This document shows positions 47,740 through 56,796 of a stretch of DNA of 64,000 nt, one piece after another (positions within the stretch are counted from its first letter, which is position 1; every line of letters starts with the position of its first letter). Source of the DNA: Polyangiales bacterium (GTDB lineage Bacteria; Myxococcota_A; Polyangia; Polyangiales; Polyangiaceae). The DNA lies in contig JBBRNJ010000004.1 in assembly GCA_038230375.1 (NCBI GenBank), positions 128,001-192,000 of the forward strand. The letters are read 5' to 3'. A model generated the notes under the pieces. That model saw nothing but the letters and a program-made list of their open reading frames with translations, had not been told where the DNA came from and searched no databases. A program made the position numbers and the translations under genes.

Positions 47740-48351
47740 ATGAGAGCGTTCATTTTTGCTGCGTTGGTGAGTGTCTCGTTGGTTGCATGCGCCGAGACCG
47801 GGCAAGGGCCAGAGGTCGCGCACGGCGGCGGCGGGGACCATGACGGACACGGCAAGGGCGGCGAGGAGCTCGAAGAGCATCACGCTCCGCTGCCCACGGA
47901 CGCAGCGACGGTTGCACGCGCGGAGAGCGTGCGCGTGCTCGAGTCGAACGACGTGGGTTGCCCGCTCGAGGCGCTCGGCCCCGTGGACGTGCACGAGAAG
48001 ATGGAGACCACGAACGCTGCGCTGCACGTCCTCAAGCTACGCGCGGCGGCGCTGGGCGCGGACGCCGTGACCGGCGTGGAGTTCGAGCACGGCGAAGGTG
48101 GCGGCGCGCCGACCCACCTCGCGGGCATGGCTGTCCGGTGTCGCGATCTCCTGCACGGTCGCAAGTACGACGTGCTCGGCGAGGTGAGCGTGCGCGGTCA
48201 CATGGGCAAGGAAGAGGACGCGTTCGAGGACCTGCGCAAGAAGGCAGCGAGCATGAACGCGAACATGGTCCTTGCCATCAAGTTCGAGCACGGCGAGGCC
48301 GACGGCGAAGGGCCCACCGTCACCGGCACCGCTGTTCGCGTGCGCGACTGA
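47740..48351 (+). CDS. His-rich lipoprotein with two YbjQ-like domains
   Basis: LVAC lipobox; AAALGADAVTGVEFEHGEG and AASMNANMVLAIKFEHGEA...GTAVR; GGAGGAG RBS. Confidence 0.78.
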   Translation: MRAFIFAALVSVSLVACAETGQGPEVAHGGGGDHDGHGKGGEELEEHHAPLPTDAATVARAESVRVLESNDVGCPLEALGPVDVHEKMETTNAALHVLKLRAAALGADAVTGVEFEHGEGGGAPTHLAGMAVRCRDLLHGRKYDVLGEVSVRGHMGKEEDAFEDLRKKAASMNANMVLAIKFEHGEADGEGPTVTGTAVRVRD

Positions 48352-48559
48352 GCCGACCTTCGGCGCAGACGGGTCAGTAGCCGCGCGTGGAGTCGACCTC
48401 GTCCGTCGATTCGTGGCGCGCGCGCGCCGGGAGCCAGGTCGCTGGCGTGAGCTCGGGCCCGCGCTCCTGATGTGCCTCGTCATCTCGATCGAGCGGGAAC
48501 GGATCGTGGCCGAAGAACAGCGTCGACATGGCCGCGCCACGCGGCAGCTTGAAAACGTC

Positions 48560-48584
48560 ACTCATGTATGAGTTACTAACTCAT
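48560..48584. promoter_or_regulatory. Overlapping palindromes, candidate repressor operator
   Basis: ATGAGTTA-C-TAACTCAT (48568-48584) and ACTCAT-GT-ATGAGT (48560-48573). Confidence 0.55.
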
Positions 48585-48624
48585 CCCGGCGGAAATGCAA
48601 GCCGGCGTGCTACGGAACGGCCCG

Positions 48625-49521
48625 ATGAGCATCCAGTGGTACCCGGGCCACATGACGAAGGCGCGGAAGGAGCTCGAGGAATGGATGCCGTCGCAGGACG
48701 TCATCATCGAGGTCCTCGACGCGCGGATGCCTCGCGCCAGCGCCAATCCGGTGGTCGCGGAGCTGCGCGCGAAGAAGCCGTGCATCTATGTGCTCTCGCG
48801 CACGGACCTGGCTGACCCCGAGGTCACCACGACATGGATGAAGTACCTGGGCGCACTGCCCAGCACCGTGGTCGTTCGGCAGACCAACGAGCGACGCTCC
48901 GAGGCGCGCACCAAGATCCCCGAGCTCGCGAAGAAGCTCGCGCCGACGCGCTTCGGACCGACGAAGCCGCTGCGCGCCATGATCGTGGGCATCCCGAACG
49001 TGGGTAAGTCCACGCTCATCAACGCGCTCATGAACCGCTCCGTCGCGAAGGTGGGTGACGTGCCCGCGGTGACGAAGGCGCGCCAGCTGGTGCAGTTGCC
49101 GAGCGGCATTTCGCTGTGGGACAGCCCCGGCATCCTCTGGCCGAAGATCGAGGACCCGCAGGCGGCGCTGCGGCTCGCGTTGTGCGGAAGCATCCCGGAC
49201 AGCGCGCTCGACTACGAGGTCGTCGCCATGTTCGGCGCGAAGTTCTTCCTCAAGTTCTATCCGGCGCTGCTCACCGCGCGATACAAGCTCGCCGCCATGC
49301 CAGCCAACGCGACAGAGCTGCTGTTCGAGATCGGAAAGCGCCGCGGTGGCCTGCGCGCGGGCGGCAAGGTGGACATGCACAAGGCCGCGGACGCGCTCAT
49401 CCACGACTTCCGAGACGGCGCCCTGGGACGAATCAGCCTGGAGACGCCCGTCCGCGAGAAGCCGGACGCAGACGACATGCAGAGCAACACGGATGACGCG
49501 CGCGACCCTCTGGACGAGTAG
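48625..49521 (+). CDS. ylqF: Ribosome biogenesis GTPase YlqF/RbgA
   Basis: IQWYPGHMTKA, EVLDARMP, GIPNVGKST, DSPGILWP, DFRDGALGRISLE. Confidence 0.95.
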   Translation: MSIQWYPGHMTKARKELEEWMPSQDVIIEVLDARMPRASANPVVAELRAKKPCIYVLSRTDLADPEVTTTWMKYLGALPSTVVVRQTNERRSEARTKIPELAKKLAPTRFGPTKPLRAMIVGIPNVGKSTLINALMNRSVAKVGDVPAVTKARQLVQLPSGISLWDSPGILWPKIEDPQAALRLALCGSIPDSALDYEVVAMFGAKFFLKFYPALLTARYKLAAMPANATELLFEIGKRRGGLRAGGKVDMHKAADALIHDFRDGALGRISLETPVREKPDADDMQSNTDDARDPLDE

Positions 49522-49548
49522 CACCGTCCATCCTGTCAATCGCTCGCG

Positions 49549-50001
49549 TCAGAGCTTGATGGTCTCCAGGAACTTGTCGACGCCGAAGCGGACGATGGCG
49601 TAGTAGATCACCGCGAAGAGCGCGTTGCTCACGGCGAGCGGGAAAATAAGCCTCCGCATGCTGATGCCGAGAGCACGCAGCGCCACCAGGATGGGCTCCT
49701 GGCCAACCGCCGCGACGCCCAGGATCATGCCGCCCCAGACGCCCCACTTCGCGGCCATCGCCATGGCCCTGGGTTTTCGCATGCGCTCCATGAAGCGCTC
49801 GACGAAGCCGATGCGCCGCGTCTGTCCGCCGAGCCACGCCACGATGAGCCCCTCCACGAAGCCCGACACGGCCACGACAGGCACCATCACGCGCGGGTCG
49901 AGCCCGAACGCGATGCCGGCCGCGCACGCCGCCGACTGTCCCGCGAAGAGCGCGGGCGTCATCGAGAGACCGATGACCGTTGCCCATCGCCCGACAGCCA
50001 T
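49549..50001 (-). CDS. Small multi-TM membrane protein (small multidrug-export-like)
   Basis: Four hydrophobic segments; KWGVWGG. Confidence 0.6.
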   Translation of the reverse strand: MAVGRWATVIGLSMTPALFAGQSAACAAGIAFGLDPRVMVPVVAVSGFVEGLIVAWLGGQTRRIGFVERFMERMRKPRAMAMAAKWGVWGGMILGVAAVGQEPILVALRALGISMRRLIFPLAVSNALFAVIYYAIVRFGVDKFLETIKL

Positions 50002-50024
50002 GCCTCAGTCTAGCCCGCCGAGGA

Positions 50025-50513
50025 TCACGAGGTGGTTCGCTTCGTGGGGTCGCCGAGCTTCACGTTGAGCCTGGCGGCTTCGATGAGGAACGCCGTGATC
50101 ACGTCCGCGTCGAGCTCCATGGGCGACGTGATCTTGATGTGCCGCATCCTGCTGCCACCTTCGAGCACACCCGCGTGATCGGTGAGCTCCGCGCCACGCC
50201 AGAAGCCGAACGAGACGTGCGTCTTCGCTGGCTTCACCCACGCGATGGGCCCGCCGAGCTCGAACACGGGCTGCCCCCACTTGATGGTGACGGTGGCGTC
50301 GGGGACCACCCGCGTGACGAGCGCGAGCAGCGCCTTCACCACCTCGCCGTGCCAGCCCTTCGCCTTCGCAGCGACCCATGCAGTGACGGGCATGCCCTTC
50401 AACGGCGACACCTTCGCGGTCATCCTTCGGGCGCTCTTCTTCGCGGGTGCCTTCTTCGCGGGTGCCTTCTTCGCGGGTGCCTTCTTCGCGGGTGCCTTCT
50501 TCTTGGGGGCCAT
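50025..50513 (-). CDS. DUF1801 (YdhG-like) protein with N-terminal PAKKA repeats
   Basis: IKWGQPVF, HVSFGFWRGAEL.D....LEG....MRHIK. Confidence 0.82.
   Translation of the reverse strand: MAPKKKAPAKKAPAKKAPAKKAPAKKSARRMTAKVSPLKGMPVTAWVAAKAKGWHGEVVKALLALVTRVVPDATVTIKWGQPVFELGGPIAWVKPAKTHVSFGFWRGAELTDHAGVLEGGSRMRHIKITSPMELDADVITAFLIEAARLNVKLGDPTKRTTS
50436..50500 (-). repeat. 15-bp coding tandem repeat (KKAPA)x4
   Basis: ttcttcgcgggtgcc repeated four times. Confidence 0.9.
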
Positions 50514-50652
50514 GGGCGCGAGTATACCCAGCGCACATTCGGTGACCAGACGGTACGAGTGCGCCCCTGGCTGGTGTGGAGCGGATGACGTGCCTGGGTC
50601 ACGTTGTGCCGTGCACAACAGGGAAAACTGCGGCATTTTCGAGCCCGCGGGT

Positions 50653-50668
50653 GGGCCCGTCCCTTGCT
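50653..50668 (+). promoter_or_regulatory. Sigma54 promoter
   Basis: GGGCCCGTCCCTTGCT, 13 nt before ATG 50682. Confidence 0.5.
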
Positions 50669-50681
50669 CGATGGAGAAGTC

Positions 50682-51623
50682 ATGCAACGAACGACTCTTG
50701 GCCGGCTCGGTGTGGGTGCGCTGGTCCTCGCAGCACTGCTGGGCGTGACCCGGCGCGCCGAGGCCATCGCAGTTCCGAACCTCTGCATCCCGGCGCGCGT
50801 GGCCCCGGCAGCGACCGCCATCCCGCACAACTTTCCAGGCTTCGGCTACGACGTACCGAACGCGATGACCACGAACGTCCATCTCGTCGACACGACGAAG
50901 GGCGCGGGTGAGCTTCCGACGACGATCGGCCCCGTGACGGCGCCGTGGAACAAGATCGTTCCGCAGGCGGGGTTCACCGTGGGTGACTCGTACACGCTCA
51001 CGTTCGACTCGCTCTGCTACGGCATGACGTTGCCGGAGCAGAAGCCGATCACGTTCACCATCGTCGCGGACGCGCCCATCCCCACGATGCTGGGCGACGT
51101 GATGGGCACGCCGACCGTCGTCGTGAAGGATCGCGGTACGAGCGAGGTCGATTTTGATGCAACCTACATGCTTTCCGCGGAGATGAAGCCGTGGGCCGCC
51201 GTGTACGAGCTTGCGCTCGAGATGGACGGTCGCACGCTGGAGACGCACGCCACCGTGGCGGCGGCGGGTGACACCGTGCACATCACCTCGCGCGGGTGGT
51301 GCGACGATGCCAGCTCGAAGACAACGAAGCACGCAGTGAGGCTCACGGCGACGCTGCCGTTCTCCCCTGGCCTGCAGACCGCGCCCACCGCGCTCGACTT
51401 CACCTGCCCTGCGGCGCACATCGTGACGCCCACGCCGGGCGCGCTCACCCCGCCCACGCCAACGGACACGACCACCACCCCCACGTCTGGTGCGGGCACG
51501 CACAGCGGCGGCTGCGCCGTGAGCGCGTCCAGCGCAGCGAGCGATGGAATCCTGGGTGGCGTTGGCCTCTTGCTGGGTGTCACCGTGATCTTGCGGAAGC
51601 GAACGACGAACGGAGCACGCTGA
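50682..51623 (+). CDS. Secreted protein with MYXO-CTERM-like C-terminal anchor
   Basis: Signal ending AEA; Thr/Pro linker, SGGCAVS, TM helix, RKR tail. Confidence 0.8.
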   Translation: MQRTTLGRLGVGALVLAALLGVTRRAEAIAVPNLCIPARVAPAATAIPHNFPGFGYDVPNAMTTNVHLVDTTKGAGELPTTIGPVTAPWNKIVPQAGFTVGDSYTLTFDSLCYGMTLPEQKPITFTIVADAPIPTMLGDVMGTPTVVVKDRGTSEVDFDATYMLSAEMKPWAAVYELALEMDGRTLETHATVAAAGDTVHITSRGWCDDASSKTTKHAVRLTATLPFSPGLQTAPTALDFTCPAAHIVTPTPGALTPPTPTDTTTTPTSGAGTHSGGCAVSASSAASDGILGGVGLLLGVTVILRKRTTNGAR

Positions 51624-51692
51624 GATGAACATGTGGACGAGCCCCAAGGGCGAGGACCTTGTGCGAGACGCCCGACCGCAGGGAGGAAAGTC

Positions 51693-53153
51693 TTGAAAGC
51701 GAATCTGATGAACCTGTCGAGCGAGGCGACGCTCCTGCGCGTCTTCGGCAAGATCCTCGCGAGCGCGAGCGCCGGCGCCGCCGTGTCAACCATGGCCCTC
51801 GCATGCGGTGGCTCCACCGTGGATCCCGGTGGCGGCGGTCCCAATCCAACGTACACGTCGCTCTGTGGCGCGGGCGCGCCGAAGACGCTGCTCGCCGGCA
51901 TGCACACCGTGCCTGCGATCGACGGCGCGGTGTCGCGCTTGGAGTCCGCGTTCCTTCCCCCGAACCCGAACCAGCCGAACCAGGTGACGCCGCCGCCGCA
52001 AGGCGCCGAGGGTGATCTCTGGAAGGCGACGAACGGCGAGACCACCGGCGTGCTCTGCAAGACGTCGACGAAACAAGCGGCCTGCCAGGACGAGGTGCAG
52101 AACTACCGTGTGCTGCCGGGGTTCCAGTCCACGTGCGTGGCGCAGTATCCGCACGCGTCCTACGCGAACGACGGCTGCGACGTCTCGTACATCCTCTACA
52201 CGCGTGGCGACGAGATCGGCGTGGCGCGCACACCGGCGGAGACGCTCGCCCTCATCGGCCAGATCGACACCATCGAAGAGGCGCTGTGGGTTGCCGGCAC
52301 GCAGGGGTACACGACCAGCTGTGGCAGCAGCCAGGCGCCGGACTCCCAGTTCCGGACCACGAGCGACGGCGCCTATGACCTCGAGCTGGTGAAGAACCAG
52401 TTCTGCGGCCCGGGCGAGACCGACAAGGTGCATGTAGACTACAAGGGTACGGTCACCGTGCTCGAGACCGCGCCGCTCCCCGTGCAGGGCTGCGCGGCGG
52501 GGCGGCGGCCGGAGGGGATGACGATCGGGAAGATCGCGCGCGCAGGCCACGGCCCGGTGGGCGAGTACTTCGCGTCGATGGCGATCCTGGAGAGCGGCGC
52601 GGTGATCGCGTTCCGCAGGCTCGAGCAGGAGCTGCTGCGTGCGGATGCGCCGCCGGCGCTGCTTGCTCGGGTGCGCGTGGCCATCAAGGACGAGATCCGG
52701 CACGCGCGCAAGACCACCGTGCTTGCGATGAAGCACGGCGTGACGCCGGGCGCGCCGAACTGCGAGAGGCACGCGGGCGAGCGCACGCTGCTCGACATTG
52801 CGCTGGAGAACGCGCGCGAGGGCTGCGTGCGAGAGACGTACGGCGCGCTGGTGGCGCACCTGCAGGCGGAAGAGGCCAGCGACGCGGACGTGCGGGCGTG
52901 CATGCGGGAGATCGCAACGGAGGAGACGGAGCACGCGGCGCTGTCGTGGGACGTCGCGACGTTCCTGGAGAGCCGCCTGACCGCGGAAGAGCGCGCGAAG
53001 GTCGCAGACGAGCGCCGCCTGGCCGTGCGCGAGCTGGCCCGCGAGCTCAGCGTCCCGGGCTGCGAAGAGGTCCGCGAGGTCGCGGGCATCCCCGCGCCGG
53101 AAGTTGCAACCTACATGCTTTCGCGCCTGGAGCCCTTCCTGCTCTGCGCTTGA
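51693..53153 (+). CDS. Myxobacterial ferritin-like (di-iron) domain protein with Cys-rich N-terminal region
   Basis: GRRPEG, E..AV.AF, DEIRH, ENAREGCVRE, EETEH; GGAGG RBS before TTG 51693. Confidence 0.82.
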   Translation: MKANLMNLSSEATLLRVFGKILASASAGAAVSTMALACGGSTVDPGGGGPNPTYTSLCGAGAPKTLLAGMHTVPAIDGAVSRLESAFLPPNPNQPNQVTPPPQGAEGDLWKATNGETTGVLCKTSTKQAACQDEVQNYRVLPGFQSTCVAQYPHASYANDGCDVSYILYTRGDEIGVARTPAETLALIGQIDTIEEALWVAGTQGYTTSCGSSQAPDSQFRTTSDGAYDLELVKNQFCGPGETDKVHVDYKGTVTVLETAPLPVQGCAAGRRPEGMTIGKIARAGHGPVGEYFASMAILESGAVIAFRRLEQELLRADAPPALLARVRVAIKDEIRHARKTTVLAMKHGVTPGAPNCERHAGERTLLDIALENAREGCVRETYGALVAHLQAEEASDADVRACMREIATEETEHAALSWDVATFLESRLTAEERAKVADERRLAVRELARELSVPGCEEVREVAGIPAPEVATYMLSRLEPFLLCA

Positions 53154-53174
53154 CGTGATCTGCACATGATGAGT

Positions 53175-54350
53175 TCAGTCGCGGGCGCGGCTGCGCCCAT
53201 CTGGTGGCACCAGGTGGAATTCGACGAGCGTCGCCAGCGTGCGCCGGATGTCGGGATCGAGCACGTCTGGCGCAGAGGAGAGGAGCGCCTTCAGGCCGTC
53301 GGCGCCGAGCGCGATGCCCAGCTCGGACAGCTCCTTCCGCGCTTCCACCATCACGGGGTGAGCGAACCCGAACGCGCGAGCTTGCGAAAGTCCCATCATC
53401 AGCTTGCGCGCCGCAGGCTCGCTTGCAGCGGTCAGCTCCCGCGCTCTCTTCTCCGTGAATGCGCTCGTCGCGGCCAGTTCCACCTCTTGCGCTTTTCCGG
53501 CGAGCTCTGGGACGCCCGAGGCGCGCAGCTTCGCGATCGTCGCGGCCTGATCGGGCCTGAAGACCGGCATCGTCTTCGGGTCGCATGCCGCCAGCATCGA
53601 GCGTACATGCGCGTAGAGGACGCCGCTGCGTGCGAGCGCAACCACCGACCAGACAGACGTGTACTTCCGCGCGAGACCATCGAACTCCGCGGAGAGCATC
53701 CGCGCGTGCGCCATGATCGGGGGCCACTTCGGGGCGTCCGGTGCACTGCCGCTCGGAGCTCCCCCGAAGAGCTCGACGCCGCTCGCCGCCGGGCAGGTCC
53801 GCTTCGTCTCGTCGGGCAAGACTGACGCGATATGCGCGACGATCACCGCGTACTCCGCCTCCGCCGCGAGATCGGTCGCGGTCCCCGTGGCGTCTTCTTG
53901 CGAGTTCGCACGCAGCTTGTCGTAGCTCTCGACGGCCTTCTTGTTCCAGGAGACCTGCTCCTTGCCCGTACGCTTGCGCGCGATCGCAACGGCAAGCCCT
54001 ACCTGGTCGCGGAGCACCGCAAGAACAACGGAGCCCCTCTGCGCCGCGTACTTGCGCTCCAGTGCGTCGATAGGTGCATTATGCACGTTTTCGGGCGGCA
54101 CCCACGGTGAGCGCGCCGTGCAGCCCTTCGCGGGGTCCCACGCACCGGGCACGCAGCGCTGTACGACTGCGGGACGCGGCGCCGCACCTGCATCAATGGG
54201 CACAGTGGCGACGGTGGTCGACGCGTCAGGCACCGTGACCACGGCTGGGTTTGTGGGCGACAGGTTGGGGCCCGGCCCGACCTCCGCCGGAGCCTGAGTT
54301 CCACCGCAAGCAAGGAGGAGGGCCGCGACGCCTACGACTAGGATCCGCAT
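53175..54350 (-). CDS. Hypothetical helical lipoprotein
   Basis: LLACGG lipobox; GGAGAG RBS. Confidence 0.72.
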   Translation of the reverse strand: MRILVVGVAALLLACGGTQAPAEVGPGPNLSPTNPAVVTVPDASTTVATVPIDAGAAPRPAVVQRCVPGAWDPAKGCTARSPWVPPENVHNAPIDALERKYAAQRGSVVLAVLRDQVGLAVAIARKRTGKEQVSWNKKAVESYDKLRANSQEDATGTATDLAAEAEYAVIVAHIASVLPDETKRTCPAASGVELFGGAPSGSAPDAPKWPPIMAHARMLSAEFDGLARKYTSVWSVVALARSGVLYAHVRSMLAACDPKTMPVFRPDQAATIAKLRASGVPELAGKAQEVELAATSAFTEKRARELTAASEPAARKLMMGLSQARAFGFAHPVMVEARKELSELGIALGADGLKALLSSAPDVLDPDIRRTLATLVEFHLVPPDGRSRARD

Positions 54351-54420
54351 CTCTCCGTTGTACGCGAGCTCGCTGCGCGACTCAGCGCCATTCTTGATCC
54401 ACGGATGGGGAGTGAGGGCG

Positions 54421-55104
54421 TCAGTCTATCGGGACGAAGGTCGATAGGACTGGCGTGCCGCCCAGCTCGTTCAGGTGGAGCTTGCGTGGGTTTTCCTCGA
54501 GGAGCATCTGGAACTCCAGATCGGCGTCGCCGGCTCGCGTGAGATAGACGAAGAAGCCGTTGCGCGTGGTGGTGTCGTTCCATGGAATGGCCGTGCTGCC
54601 GCCAGCGCTCGCGTCCGCCGCCACGCCAGCCTCGGTTACGCCGCCCTCGCTCGGTGTTCCCGCGAAGGCGACATAGAGGATCTGTCCGCTTCGGTTCACG
54701 TCCGTGCTCGGCGTGAAGGACTCCGACTGGTCCGCGTAGTCCAGGAAAGCGTAGGTGCCGATCTGGTCGAAGCCGTACGCCAGGCCGGTGCCTCGCGGCA
54801 GATCCCAGTTACCGATCGATCCGCAGTGGTACCAGCGACCCTTGAGGAGCGCTGAGAGCTGGGCGGCGCTCGTGTAGTTGACGCTCTGGCCAGCCGGTAG
54901 TGCGCACTTCGCCTCGAGCCTATCGATGAGCGTCGAGGTGAGCATGGCGTCGGGTGTGGCTCTGATCGGCTCCGCATCCAAGGCTGCGTCTGGCTGGACG
55001 GGCGTGCTGCCGACGCTGAGCTCGCTGACGCTGGCGCACGCGTCGAGCACCAGCGTGGCGCCGATGACGATGGCGAGGATGGACGCGAGGATGGCGGCGC
55101 GCAC
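54421..55104 (-). CDS. Hypothetical lipoprotein, divergent from the ECF locus
   Basis: Signal plus DACA; GAGGT RBS. Confidence 0.72.
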   Translation of the reverse strand: MRAAILASILAIVIGATLVLDACASVSELSVGSTPVQPDAALDAEPIRATPDAMLTSTLIDRLEAKCALPAGQSVNYTSAAQLSALLKGRWYHCGSIGNWDLPRGTGLAYGFDQIGTYAFLDYADQSESFTPSTDVNRSGQILYVAFAGTPSEGGVTEAGVAADASAGGSTAIPWNDTTTRNGFFVYLTRAGDADLEFQMLLEENPRKLHLNELGGTPVLSTFVPID

Positions 55105-55159
55105 ACCTCATAGGTACCACGCCTTTCTAAAAGCGCATTCTTCGCCTATTCCTTTTGCC

Positions 55160-56212
55160 GTGCGCCTTCCTTTGTCCGCTGCATGGACCTTCTGCGCTAC
55201 CTGCGTTGTCTTCGTGGCATTCGCCGCGGGCGGGGCGCGCGCGGAGGCGGACACGTCACACAAGGCGCGCCTCGTGTACCTGCGCGGGATCGGCACGGAG
55301 ACCTGCCCGCCGGAGGCCGAACTGTCGGATGCGGTGGCCGCGCGCCTGGGCTACGAGCCGTTCTCCACGTGGGCGCAGGACACGCTCTTCGTGGAGCTGA
55401 CGAAGGACGCGCAGGGCTTCACGGCCAAGGTGAAGCTCGTGGACTCCGGCAGCAACGTCCGCGGCGAGCGTGAGCTGCACGCGCGAAACGCGTGCGCGGA
55501 TCTCGTGCCCACGATGGCGCTCACGATCAGCCTCGCGATCGATCCGATGGCGAGCGCGCGCAACGGCGCACTCCCGGAAGACACGCCGCCCCGGGAAAAA
55601 CCAGTGGATCTGGATGCGGGCGTGCCGCCGTTGCCGCCGAACGAGGGCACAGAGCCGCGCCACAACGACGAAAACATGCGCGACCCACAGCCGCGCGTGG
55701 AGCAGAGCCTCGCGGCTGGTGTCGGTGTGCTCGGGAGCGTGGGGTCTGCGCCCGCGCCCAACGTCGGCCTCTCGCTCTTCGCGGAGGGTCGCTACGCGTG
55801 GCTGAGCCTCGGCCTGGAGGGGCGCGTGGACTTTCCCTCTTCGGCGAGCGTGGACCGCGCGGTATCGGTCTCCGGCGCGAGCCCGGAGGTGTCTTCATGG
55901 CTGCTCGTGGGTGAGCTCCGCGCGTGCGGTCACGTGCGCGGCGCGTTCGGGTGCGTGCTCGGCATGGCCGGCGAGCTGCACGCGAGCGGCATCGACGTGA
56001 GCTCACCGCGCGAGGCCGGCGCGCTCTACGGGGCCGCGGGTCTCCGCGCCGGCTACGACTACGACATCGTTCCGCGCTTCGCGCTGCGCGGACAGATCGA
56101 GGGCGACCTTACGCTCACGCGCTACGCCCTGAAGGTGGGCGGTGTGGAGGCGTACCGGTACGCGCCGATCGCCGGAAACATCGGCGTTTTTGGGCTGGTG
56201 CGATTCCAGTGA
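55160..56212 (+). CDS. Secreted protein with C-terminal beta-barrel-like region (ECF-associated)
   Basis: Signal ending ARA; CP..AEL..AVAARLGY.PF; amphipathic strands ending VRFQ. Confidence 0.75.
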   Translation: MRLPLSAAWTFCATCVVFVAFAAGGARAEADTSHKARLVYLRGIGTETCPPEAELSDAVAARLGYEPFSTWAQDTLFVELTKDAQGFTAKVKLVDSGSNVRGERELHARNACADLVPTMALTISLAIDPMASARNGALPEDTPPREKPVDLDAGVPPLPPNEGTEPRHNDENMRDPQPRVEQSLAAGVGVLGSVGSAPAPNVGLSLFAEGRYAWLSLGLEGRVDFPSSASVDRAVSVSGASPEVSSWLLVGELRACGHVRGAFGCVLGMAGELHASGIDVSSPREAGALYGAAGLRAGYDYDIVPRFALRGQIEGDLTLTRYALKVGGVEAYRYAPIAGNIGVFGLVRFQ

Positions 56213-56796
56213 CGAAAACAGGCGCGGACGACCAAGCACAGGACATGGGCGCCCGGAAAGCGGACGCGGCGGCGGAGCCGTTCCGCCGAATGTTCGATGA
56301 TGAATACGACTACGTGTACCACTCGCTCAGGCGCCTGGGCGTCCACACGCGCGACCTCGAGGACGTCGTCCACGAGGTCTTCGTGGAGGTCTGGAAGAAT
56401 TTTTCGAAGTTCGATCCGACACGCCCACGACGTCCCTGGCTCTTCGCTTTCGCCTTTCGCTTCGCTTCTACCTACAGGCGCCTCGCACGCCACCGCCTTG
56501 ATCTGGGCGGTGACGACGACGCCCCGGCGACAGGCCCGAGTGCACACGAGACCATGGAAAAGAAGGACGCGGCACGCATACTCGAGGATGCTCTCGCCAC
56601 GATGAGCGTGGAGCTTCGCGGCGTCTTCGTCCTCTACGAGATCGACGAGACGTCGATGAAGGACGTCGCGGAGTCGCTCGACATCCCCGTCAACACTGCC
56701 TACTCGCGGCTGCGCCTTGCCCGCGCGGCATTCGAAGCGTACGTGGCAGAGGCCCGCGGCCGCGAGCAGGCCGTCCAGAAAGGAGGAGCAACGTGA
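56209..56796 (+). CDS. ECF RNA polymerase sigma factor
   Basis: LRRLGV...DLEDVVHEVF, RPWLF, VFVLYE, IPVNTAYSRLRLAR. Confidence 0.92.
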   Translation: MTKTGADDQAQDMGARKADAAAEPFRRMFDDEYDYVYHSLRRLGVHTRDLEDVVHEVFVEVWKNFSKFDPTRPRRPWLFAFAFRFASTYRRLARHRLDLGGDDDAPATGPSAHETMEKKDAARILEDALATMSVELRGVFVLYEIDETSMKDVAESLDIPVNTAYSRLRLARAAFEAYVAEARGREQAVQKGGAT

